Assembly: GCA_964057225.1 (NCBI GenBank)
Contig: OZ059896.1
Coordinates: 11,904,001 to 11,968,000, forward strand
Length of the DNA: 64,000 nt
Reading direction: 5' to 3'
Origin: Auanema rhodensis
Taxonomy: Eukaryota > Animalia > Nematoda
Below the pieces are notes generated by a model. That model was not told where the DNA came from. It made no database searches and worked only from the letters and a program-made list of their open reading frames with translations. Positions 49,358-61,100 of this stretch are shown one piece after another; the first letter of the stretch is position 1; each line of letters begins with the position of its first letter. The position numbers were made by a program, and so were the translations under genes.

Positions 49358-51655
49358 TTAATATTGGAAAAAACTAAAATTAATTGGATCTCTACTTATG
49401 GATATAATCCGAGAATTAATGGTATAACCGAGAGGGTAAACCAAACAATATTATGTGGACTCAAAAAATCTGTAGAAGATCAGAGAAATTAGGACACGGT
49501 CCTTCCTTATATAGTGTTTGCTTACAACACCACGCCACACGAGGCAACTGGTGACTCACCGTTTTATCTTCTGCATGGGATAGAGCCAGTCTATCCATCT
49601 GCTATAGATCCTCCACAAAATATTATATATAAGGAAACTGATGGAATACCAGCGTATAAACGTGATCTTACAACTAAGTTAGCATTAGTTTGTAAAATAG
49701 CTCAAGAAAAAAACAAAGCCGAAAAAGCTCGCTTCAAAACAGCTCACGATAGCAAGAACTTCAGAAAACGGGTTGCAATACCTAAAATAGGAGATCGAGT
49801 GTACCTTAAAACTCAAACGCAAAGAAGAGGTCAAGCAATACCAAAACTGATCTTTGATATGAAAGGACCTTTTTATTAAAATTAATCACACTGCCTGATA
49901 ATATTGACGTTGCGAAATTGAGAAAAATCATGAAATCTAAGAATATTATTGAGATTAATTATTTGTCTTTTTTTAGACACGTCGAAGTTACGCCCAGAGA
50001 TGCTTGTCACCCTTTGTTTGAATGTCCAGGCAGGAACAATCTTCCAAACGAAGCTGAACAGACTTGTTTCTGGAGACATCAAACCTTTGGAGTTGTCCTT
50101 GGTAACAAATGTCCCCAAGGCCTAAAAAGATTACGCATTACAAACACGTCTCGTTTGGCACAAACGCTCAAAGTACTAAGAGATCCAAGCATTTGGTACG
50201 AAGAAAAAATAAACTTCCTAAATATAATGCAAACTAGCCCGGACGCAATTGACTTGTGTGAAGCTTTTATCATACAAAGAAGATACTGCTTGCATGCTAA
50301 GGTAGAAGTAGCAGTGTTGGAACCAGCTACTGTCAGTTTCACAGAAACTTCTGGATTTAATATGGGAACAACAGAAGCAAACAAAGCTTTCTTACTTTCC
50401 ATAGGAAAAATGAAGAGAGAACAGAATCGAGAAACAAAAGATCTTCTCTAAGTCCCAAAAACCTACAAAGGTTTTGAAACGGAATTAGAATTTAATTACG
50501 GAACCGTCCAAATTTATTATCAGTTAAAAAAAGATATAACAAGTATCTTAACACTTACTAAAGATATTCGTTATATTTTAATCGTCTTACCTGTAGTTCA
50601 AAACAACGATGAATGTTATGAAATCACAAAGATTTTACAAAGAGTAGCAATGGCTATGAATATTCACATAATCTTGATCAGTCCTTTAACAAGATACGAT
50701 GATGAGCGATTTGAAACATCGATGAGAAATCGGGAGTCATCTCAAGAGTATGTACGAGCTGAAGCAAATACCAGACAAGAGAAAACTTAGGTTTAATATA
50801 TCGGTAAACGAGGGGATGATTTACCTCTAGTGACTCACCACTGGCACAGTGGAGGACTTATACCATACCAAAAGTCGACAGATAACATTAAAACCGACAA
50901 TTTATCAGTATATGGGAAAATGATTCATGTGAAACTTCTGGCAATGGGTTTTTCATTTCTGTAGCAATTTCCAAACAGAAATCAGTTATGCATAGAACTC
51001 AAAACAAAACTATTAAAAAGCAGACATATCATAAGAAATAGTAATTTATAAATTTTGTGTTCGCTTTTGTGCAATAATTGTAATCGTACTTTTTACTTTT
51101 TTTTCTTTTTTTATTATATATGTATATTCTCGGGACGAGAACATAAAAATGGCCGGGGAAGTCACAAATGTGTTCAAAATCATAACAAAACGAAGGTTTT
51201 ATGATTTAAAACATAAATACTTCTTTTAGTTACATTCTAATAAATAGTCAATTTGAGTTTTCATAACCATCCATGCTACATAAAAATCACATAGTTTATA
51301 ACGCATAATTAGATATGTGAAAATTGCATAACTATATTTGTCTTGTTATGGAGAACAAGAATATATATTCATATTATAGTTTCAGCTTAAGATTACAAGA
51401 TGTTACTCCATTGGCAGATTGACAACTCAACGCCTGTAAACACCGCACAAACTACCTGAACATTTAAGATGAAATTATAAAATGATTAAAATGATTAAGT
51501 GGCCTAAAATTGTTGATGTAAACAATTTTATTTTATATTTTTGCAGTTCGATTATATTTTGTATTTTTATAAATTTCCTTGTAGATTTATTTTAATTCAT
51601 CTTTTTCATCTTTTTCATCTTCTCTTCTTGTTTTTTCATTTCCACATTCATTTCA
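49358..51655 (+). mobile_element. Gypsy family G2, 5'-truncated: integrase C-half, extension and 3' LTR (~51160-51655)
   Basis: NGITERVN, FAYNTTPHEATGDSPFYLLHG, GDRVYLK, KGPF; PPT GGCCGGGGA; LTR ends ATTTCA against the capsid gene. Confidence 0.88.
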
Positions 51656-52560
51656 AATAGCATATAAACCCCGCGTTTGTTGACCAAATTCCAATTTCAG
51701 GGCCACATTACCTTGTCGTAAAACATCAAATAACTCGGACGAGTGTACGGTGAAATATCAAATACAAAAAATGTGAAACCGGCTTTATACATTGCTGGTG
51801 TAATACCATTGGATGAATCTGTACGACCAAGTCCCATCCCTTACAACATGTCAATATATGCTGTGGCATAGGAAGAACGCCATTCCAAATTATAACGGCG
51901 GGTAGGTATTACCCGATTGTTGAGCGTCAAGTATATTTTTTTCAATTCAAACGGTTTGAAGTTGAATGGCGAATGCTTAAAAGTACCATGACAAGACCTA
52001 CTACAACACGTTTCGGTGTATGCGACGTGAATAATATGTTATTGGGTGAATCCAAACGGCCTCCTTCTATAAAATAAGAACGCATTTTCACTGATGTCGT
52101 GGGGTAGTGTATTCGTTTCTTTAAAAGTTTATCTTCCATAGCCATAGTTAATCTAGCGTTTAGATCAAACTCTTGAATGAGCAAATGTACATCGCTGATA
52201 TCTACTTTCAAATTTGGAAACTCCTCCTTTAATGTAGTATCCTTGTTTTTATTATTCCAGCCTAGAGTGTCAATTAAAAAGTTATCACGGTTTGGATATA
52301 CAGTTAGCTCCATTTTCGAAAAGTTTACAAACATTCGTTCTTGATTAGATAGGTCGATACTGACGGGAGCAGCCATCTCACACAATATGCCATTTTTTAC
52401 AAGCGCTTGACGCGTTCTAAATCTACGACTGGATGCATTATCTATATATCTATCCGCATAATAGCCTGATATGGCAAGTTTGCTCTTTTTAACATCGTTG
52501 CTATACATTAAAATATTCTCGATATATGGTTTATAGGCATGATTCACGGTAGAGTATAAA
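51656..52560 (-). pseudogene. Maverick major capsid protein (double jelly-roll type), truncated and frameshifted
   Basis: AYKPYIENILMYS..KKSKL..SGYYAD, IDLSNQER, TPKRVVVGLV, then GFTFFVFDIS and GNVALKLEF motifs. Confidence 0.8.
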
Positions 52561-53912
52561 GTCAAGGAAAACTCACATCCTAGTAGTATTCATTCTATTC
52601 ACTATGTCACTCGCTAACACTAGAGCCTGTGAAATCAACCTGGTCTTGCAAAGATCACAAGAAAGATGCGACTCGTTTCTGAAGCTCACAAGAGAGAAAC
52701 GGATAAATTGCTTGAAGGAACTCACCCAGCACATGGACCAATTACTCAGGGATTTCTAGAAAACTGAGGCAAGTGAACTCTCTGACAAATCCAATCTCAT
52801 CAACAGCGCCGCCACTGCCTTAAAAAACTTCATAAGACTCAAAGATTTCCTTAGCACCGCAAGAACACACCACGTGTTCCAAAATGAGCAAGACAAGCTC
52901 AAATCTTTTGGAAACGAGAGAAGACTAAATGAGTTGAAGAAGAGTATCCAAAAGGAACACATCCCAGCGATAAACGGAGAAAAGATGCCGTACAACTCCT
53001 CTACCATCAAAAGGGATGGAGAAGCGCCAGGATGTCCTCAACCCAAGGGAAACATCATCGTCGTAGAAGCGCAGCCGGAGCTCAAAGAAATATTGGAAGA
53101 ACTAAAGCAGATGAAATCAGAGAACAAAAGGATGACCTCAGTGTTAATTGAACAGCTCGATCAACAAAGGAAGATCGACTCGCTAAAGAAAGCACTGAAA
53201 GAGATCAAAGAAACACTCGCGAAAGGGATCCAAGCCAAGCCTAGAGTGTCTAAGGAAACGCAGACTACCGGTAGGATCAGGACTAGAAAAGAAATGGAAC
53301 AAGAAATTCTACCCACTAAGAGGAAGAAGACTCAGGCGGCGATCATCACCATATAGATGTTCTCTTCTCGACGGCCGGAGTGTGCTGAAGCACTCTCATC
53401 CCGTGATAATAGTGTTTCTCCTTAGTTTAATTCAATTGTACTTCTTTATTGTCCTATCTTTGTACCATCCATTATCCTCAACTATCTAATCGATAATCCT
53501 GTAAGTTGTCACCAACGGCCGATTTGCCGATGAATCACCTACCGCCCTTTGCCATCTGATCCATTAGGCAAGATCTTAGGCGCGATAGCCGTCGCCCACT
53601 TGCACGGGGGATGATTCACGTAGGATTTAGACCCCTCCTCTCGCTTTCTACAATTAATACATTATCTATCACTTCCGGGGACCTAGTATATAAACCCGCA
53701 ATAATTCTTCTAAATCATGTCTCAATATCATTCCGCCACCGCTATCATCTTCCCGTCAATTTATCTCTATTTTACTCGTATTGTATTCGTATTGCCGATA
53801 ATAAACTTTTCTCTTGTACTCGCGTCTATTGCCTATTACTTGGACTAATATTCCACTACCACTGAACCACAAATGCCCGTTATTCGCTCTCCAACTAGAG
53901 AACAAAACGACA
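52557..53912 (+). mobile_element. B1 family second copy: accessory ORF and 3' LTR (53381-53912)
   Basis: Close match to 24283-25639. Confidence 0.95.
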
Positions 53913-56874
53913 TCCCGAGTATGTAATGAGAGCGTAGGTCTTGAAGTGTGTTGACGTAGTACAGCATTCCTGAGAGAAGGAATGTGTTTTCTTGTGTTCC
54001 GCAGGTGTATGTGCATGTGATCCTAGGTGAGGCTGAGGTGATAGGCAGCTGGATGGAGTTGGTTGTTCCTTGTGGACTGCATTGTGTCATGAATGCGGAT
54101 TCACGACATTGTATAGCTGTCAGAGTTGGTTGAGGTGAAGTACATGTGATACTTGCTTGGGCTCCTCGGTTGCAGTTGTAACATCCGGTTAATGGTGAAT
54201 CCTGAATGTTGCAATGTGTGGAGTCTTGAGATGAGGAAGTGTGGAATTCCCCGTCGATTTTGATGTGGATTACAGTTAACATGTTGCTGTTAATGTTGAT
54301 CCGTAAGTTTCTTTCCTCGTTCATGATCATGTAAGAGGGTGTTAGCATTGGAATAGCTGATTGTACGCTGTTAAAGGCTGAGGTGATGGATGTTTCGTGG
54401 CACTGGCAGTTGACCTGGTCTTCTGCCGGTGTGCAAACGCAGGTGGGTGTGGCGTTACAGTTCATGTTTATAGCGTCTCTTCTGCTCGGGCATGAGAGCA
54501 TGGGTTGTTGATTCCATATAGCTGTTCTTGTAAGGTTGCGGATGAACTTGTATTGCATCGCAGGTATGACTGGCGGTCAGAGACTTGTAATAGTTAGTGT
54601 GAATGGATATATGTGCTTTGGAACGTCAGAGTATAGAGTGACGTTTTTGGCGATGGTGGTTGATCCGTTTCGGTATGTTAGGCTGAGGTCCGTTGTAGGT
54701 GTCCAAGAGTTGCAGTCGTATACTTCATATATCGAGGTATCAGTCGGCTTCTGGTAGGTCCTGTAGAAAAAACATCCTGATGAAGGGTAAAAACATCCCC
54801 ATCCTATGCCACCACAGGATTCTGTGCAGTGTGTTGTTCCTGGGTACTGGTTAGCTATGTGAAGTTCGCTGACAGTTGAGTTTGGGGTGATGTTGCTGCA
54901 TTTTTCTTCTTGGCATGATCCAGTGTGTGGGCATCTTTTGCTGTCTTGTACGTGAGTCTTTGATTCTCTTGTGAAGTAAAGAGACCGAGTCTCACACTTG
55001 TAGTTGGTTGTGATCCACTGTATTCTCAAGAAAGAGATATTGTCTTGATTGTTTGATAATGTGAGGCAGGCTTCTTGAGTGTATGGACTGATGTTGATAT
55101 TATGCGTGGTTTGTATGTGGCATTTCTCTTGGATGCAAGTGGACTGTTCGGAGGATGTGATCGCGAGTTCTTGGCATGAGAAGGTGACTTGTATCAAACT
55201 CATCAGAGCTAGGAGTGGTATGGCTGATTTGTGCGGCCTCGGTTGACGTGTGTGTCGGATCGTCTTGATTATGGTTATTATGATGGTGGTTCATTATCGT
55301 ATCCAAAGTCGGATTGGTTTTCTTATGACTCATGGTGTGTATAGAATGCCGTAGCATAAGGCTGTGAACATGTATGTAAGGAATGTGAGAAGTAGCATTG
55401 ATGTCCATGGCCAGCAAGATGGATTGAAAAGTGTAGCAGTGCAGAAGGTGCATGTGACAGTGGAGCAGAAATGTACCGCTGGGTGATCATCATGTGATGA
55501 ATTCTGGAATTGTGTTGGAAGGTCCAGCTTACGTCGTAGTAGGATGTCCGCTGGGGGAAATATAAGGTTTCCATCGTGGCTGTTGTTATAGCATGTGTTG
55601 TGGATGCATACTTGTTGATTGCTTGTCGAGATTCCTTGAATTTGAACTCCTTGGTAGTTGCAAGATATTGTTGGTGTGGCAGAGATGATGGGTAGAAGTA
55701 TTGAGAATATTGATAGAAAGGTGAATAGGTTTGTTCGTTGTTCTCCGTACCATAATCTAGGTACGTTCCTTGGATTAGACTGCCTTATTGGTGGGACATC
55801 TTTCGAAGGATTAGTGTTTCGTAGTCTTTCAGGAATGTCGTCGTCTGAGAGTTCCAGCGGATGTAGAAGGTTCACTGGTCGTTTGAGTTCTCTGCCTGAT
55901 TCTGAAAAAAGCGTGACTTCTCTGGTCTGTCCGTTCTTGTCTAGTGAGATATGTGTGATTTTTCCAATCGGCCATTTGTACCGAGGTATCGGACTGTCGT
56001 TGATAAGTACGTATTGGTCGATTCTTGGCTGTTGATTGGAACCAGCTTTCTTCACCGAGATGTTGTTTTTGTGGTGTTCTCTTAACTCTTTGAGGTAGAG
56101 TTCGATCCATAACTCCCTGAATTTGTTTGTGCGTTGTCTGGAGGAATGGATGGCTTTTTCTGTGTCTGCTCTTGTTTGTAAGGCAGGGTTGTCGAGGTAT
56201 TCTTCGTCGTCATCGTCCGAGTGGAATGAAATGTTCAGGTCCAAGTCTTTGTGAATAAAGTCACATGGTCTGATTATTTCATCTGTTCCTGTGTCGGATC
56301 CGATGTATGTGAGTGGGCGAGTGTTGAGTGTTGCTTCACATTCAGCTAAGGTGATTGACAGCTCTTCGCTTGTTGGTATGTTCTTCATGGTTTTGTGAAG
56401 AGAGTCTTTTACTGATCGGATAAGGCGTTTGTAGAATCCTCCTTGCCAGGGGGCGTAAGGTGTTATGTTGTGCCATTTTATCTTATGGCTGTCACCTGTT
56501 TGTGTCGTGTTGGCGATGCTGAACAGTCTGTTCGCCACTTTCTGTCCTAGTTTGAATGTGCTGGCGTTATCGCAAGTGATGCTTTCCGGATATCCTCTAC
56601 GTGCCTATATCTTCCTTAGACAGTTAAGAAATGCCTTTGTGGCAAGGTCTTCTACAACTTCTAAGTGTAGTAGGCGTGTGACTGTGCAGGTATAGATGCA
56701 ACCCCATACTTTGTGAGGTTTGTCCTTTACCGTCAGCGGTCCGAAGTAGTCGAGGCCTATGTGTTGGAATGGTCGGCTTTGGTTGAGTCTTCTGCTGGGT
56801 ATGTCGCCAGATGGGGGGTACGTGAATGGTCGGTTGTTCATTCGTTGGCACTCTACGCATCTTCGTATGACTGA
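53913..56874 (-). pseudogene. env: B1 family integrase and env, antisense copy
   Basis: Reverse complement of ~21177-24018; keeps the Gc segment deleted in the first copy. Confidence 0.95.
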
Positions 56875-58238
56875 TGAAATACAAATGTGGAAAGAAAAAG
56901 ACAAAGAAAGGGAAGAGAAATAAATTTATTGAAAACAAAAGGAAACTTATAAAATACAAAATATAATTGAACTATCAAAATATGAAATAAAATTGTTTAC
57001 ATCAACAATTTTAGGCCAAATAATCATTTTAATCATTTTATCATTTTATCTTAGATGTTCAGGTTGTTTGCATGGTGTTTACAAGCGTTGAGTTGATAAC
57101 CTGCCAATAAAGTAACATCTTGAAATCTTAAACTGAAACTATAATATATATATATATTCTTGTTCTCCGTAACAAGACAAAACTAATTATGCTAATTTCA
57201 CGTATCTAACTATGCGTTATAAATTATGTGATTTTATAAATTGCATTGATGGTTAAGAAAGCTCAAGTTAACCATTTAATGGGATGTAACTAAGAAAATT
57301 ATTTGAATAAGCAATCATTAAACCTTCATTTAGTTGTGGTTTTGAACACATTTGTGACATCCCCGGCCTTTTTATATTCTCGTCCCGAGAATATATAGTA
57401 GAAGAAAAAAATTTTTTTTTTTTTTTTTCATATCTCACTGCTACCATCCCCGGCCTTTTTTCTATTCTTGTCCCGAGAATAAGAATAAAACAAATTGATT
57501 CTTTCAAACAAAGAATCCCAAAGTTTTGCTCTCTCCAGAAACAAATTTGTTCTGCTTCATTAGGAAGATGGATTTTGCCTGGGCACTCAAACAGAGGATG
57601 ACATGCATCTTTAGGCGTGACTTCGACGTGTCTAAAAAAAGACAAATAATTAATCTCAATAATATTTTTAGATTTTCTGATTTTTTCCAACTTCATATCG
57701 TCAATATTTTCAGGGAGTGTGATTAATTGTTGAAAAGGTACAATAATCGGTTCACTTTTTCCTGTGATATCAGTAATCAAAGCAGAAGTTTTCTTCACTT
57801 CTAGAACTCGGAAAGGTCCTTTCATATCAAAGATCAATTTTGGTATTGTGTGACCCCTTTTTTGTGTTAGGGTTTTGAGATACACTCGATCTCCTACTTT
57901 AGGTATTTGAACCCTTTCTCTCAAGTTTTTGCTATCGTAAGCTGTTTTGAAGCGAGCTTTTTCGGCTTCATTTTTTTCTTGAGCTATTCTACGAACTAAT
58001 GCTAAATTAGTTGTGATATCACGTTTGTACGCTGGTATTCCCTCCGTATTCTTTTGAATACTATCTTGTGGGGGTTCTATTGCGGATGGATAAACTGGTT
58101 CTATCCCATGCAAAAGATAGAATGGTGATTCACCCGTTGCCTCATGTGGCGTAGTGTTGTAAGCAAACACTATATAAGGAAGAACTGTGTCCCAATTTCT
58201 CTGATCTTCCACAGATTTTTTGAGTCCACGTAGTATTG
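56875..58238 (-). mobile_element. Gypsy G2-related truncated copy (integrase C-half and LTR 56875-57360) inside B1 integrase
   Basis: Diverged homolog of 49445-51655; B1 flanks rejoin (..CTGA|GATGG..). Confidence 0.88.
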
Positions 58239-59030
58239 GATGGTTTGTGAGCGAAGTTGTGGTATCCAGAATTTCTGTCGAACTTCGGCCATGGTGTGTG
58301 ACGTGCTTTTGTGAAATCGGTTGTGGACGTGTTCGATAATTAAGGTGGCTGTCCTTGTTTTGGGTAAGACGATGATAGGAAGTTTTGCGCTCTCATCTAG
58401 TTCACTATTCTGCATTCGTCCTCGGCTGTGCCAAAGATGATCTTTCAACAGTGGTCTTAAGTCGTTTTGTTGTGCTGCTGTAAGACGTACGAGTAGGTTG
58501 TGTTGATGCAGATGGAGAAGGTTCAATTCGGCTTCTTCGTAATGTGTCGGTAGTCGTTTCTCTAACAGCGAATAATTCTCTGCGATCCATTTTTCTTGTG
58601 CTTGGATCCATGTGTTGCAGTGTTCTAGCCAGGGTTCTTCGTATTCTTCAGATGTCCTTGCTGTATTCACCGTGAGTTCTGGTTGAGGTAATGAGAAGAG
58701 CGGACCATTAATGGCTTTGTCAATTTGTGCTTTGGGATTCCACCAGAAATGATTTAGTAGCTCGTCTGTTGTGCAACCTCTTGTGGCAATGTCGGCTGGG
58801 TTGTCTTTGGTGTTGATGTAACCAAAGTATGTCTTGATATCCATATCTTCGATTTGGTCGATGTGGTCGATGTGGTCGTAGATTTCCTTGATTCTGTTTT
58901 GTACTAAGACTCCTGTTGTCTTCTGATCAGGTTTTCGTCTTATCCATGCTAACGTTATTTCTGAGTCCGATAAAAATGTTGTAGACAAGATTTTGATGTT
59001 GTCTTTCATTTCTTTGGAGTTAAGTGTGTA
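58239..59030 (-). pseudogene. pol: B1 family RNase H/connection/IN zinc-finger region
   Basis: SDSEITLAWI, NPADIATRG, HNRFH..FWIPQLR; includes sequence missing from the first copy. Confidence 0.88.
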
Positions 59031-59488
59031 TTTTTTGCGGTAATAACACACAAGTGAATTAAAAGATCCTTTATCATTAGAAATTGATAAAGGTCTCACT
59101 TATAATAGATCCAAAGAGGATCTGTCATAGTGAGATTCCCAGAGAGGGAATTCATATCTTTTTCGAATCCCAGAGAGGGATTTAATAAACTCAGTAGAAG
59201 AGATCTACTGGTGCTCTTGTTTTCCCAAAGCGGGATTTGCTCTGTCTGTGTAAGCACAGACAACTCAGGTTTTTCCTGAGCGACTGTAGAGAGTCTACGA
59301 GTCAAGCAACAAGGATTCGTAAGAACCAGAGGATTCTGGACTACGTCTATATAAGACGTAGATACGAATAGCTCGTCACTGACCAGTTTTGCACGCTCAC
59401 GCGATTCCTAAAAAGGAATAGTATTGATCGAGAGATCAAAGACCGAAAAAATAGAACATACATAAGAGGAAAGATTTCTATTTTTAAC

Positions 59489-61100
59489 ATGGCTCCCCCA
59501 CATACTGAGACAGAAACGGAAGTTCAAAATACAACTACAAACAGTAATAAATTGAACAAATTTACGAAATTAGAGAAACAAGCATCATGTTTCGTAAAAG
59601 GGAAGTACTTAGGATTACAAGCCAAGACCTTATCCCTCGAATCTGTCATATCAGCAGCGAGGAAAAGAATCGTCGATAACAAATATCCTGAAGAATCAGA
59701 AGAATACCGTTCAGATCGTCGAGTAGTTCAGGAAGAAATCAGAACGACGATCACCAAGACCAATGAATACCAGAACGGGATAAATCAATCATTCGCTGAC
59801 AGTTTGAAAGATAAAGCGTCAGAAAGAGTGATATTCAATGAAACATTGAAATTCAATGTAAAATGGTCGAGCAGCATTGCTCCCATAATGAAAGGGTTAC
59901 AGGAAACTCTGGAAATGATAGATGACGTTCTAGAGGGGAATCCACCACCGGAAGATCTTGAGTTTTCAAGGATAGAAACATCGTCAACAGAGGCGCCACA
60001 GAGAAGAAATACTGATGCCCATTCTAATACAAGAGTACAGTTCGATGACAACATCGAAGAACCGATAACTCAGTATCTAGAACAGCTAAACGTAGACGAA
60101 TCAAACGACTACGGCGATGACAGCATCACCGGTGACCAACGTCATTTGCCGATGGATTCTGGAAGATTTGTCACACCGTTAACCAGTATAAGGTACGGTA
60201 ACAGTCAGAGGAGAGAACGAATTATTAATGAAGGAGTTATCTCACGACAGGAAGACAACATGAATTCCAGATTTAGAAACCAGAATTCATATCAAGATGA
60301 ATGGGAAGGTAGTCGAGAACAATCCAGACGAAACCCCGGAAATACATCATCGATTCACTCGATGGCACTTACACCATACCATTAGATAACCTAAGTTATA
60401 ACTCTCTCAGAGAATACATGCGAATATGTTTTGAAAACGAGACGTCAAGACAGAAAACACTCATGCACCAAATGGAAAGCCTACAGCCAGCAGAGCTAAA
60501 TACAGAATCAATATTAGAATGTGCTGCAAAATTAAGAGCGCTCATTCAGCATTTTGACAATAGGATGTCCTGCGCCTATATAAGAACTAAACTCGATGAA
60601 AAGTTACCCGACATCATAGTCGATAAAGTACGGCTAAGAGAAAGCTTAGAAGGAACAAAATATTCACACGTTGAATTCTTAAACAGAGTGATATATGAAG
60701 CGTCGGAGTTAAGAGAAACAACACGTACAACACGCTACACATCACACGATTACCATCAATATGATCAATGTGCACCAGAAGTAGCACATATATACGCGTT
60801 TAATAAAAAAGAACGCTATAATAACTTCAAAAATCAACAGAAAAATCCATCAGGGAGGCAAGCTACAAAATGCTATTTTTGCTCCAAAGATCATCCATCT
60901 TATAAGTGTGACATTGTTAACACCCCTCAATTGAAGAAAATGATGTTGATGAGAGACAGAAAAAAGGTATGCTGGATATGTTTCGATGAGAACCACACAT
61001 CAAAACAATGCACAAAGCCAAAATGCAGAAACTGCAATAGCGATCACAATACCGCTCTATGTACATATAAAGAGTTAGTTAAAAAAGACACTCAAAAAAT
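59489..61100 (+). pseudogene. gag: B3 gag
   Basis: CYFC..H, CWIC..H, CRNC..H knuckles; break near 60385. Confidence 0.8.
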
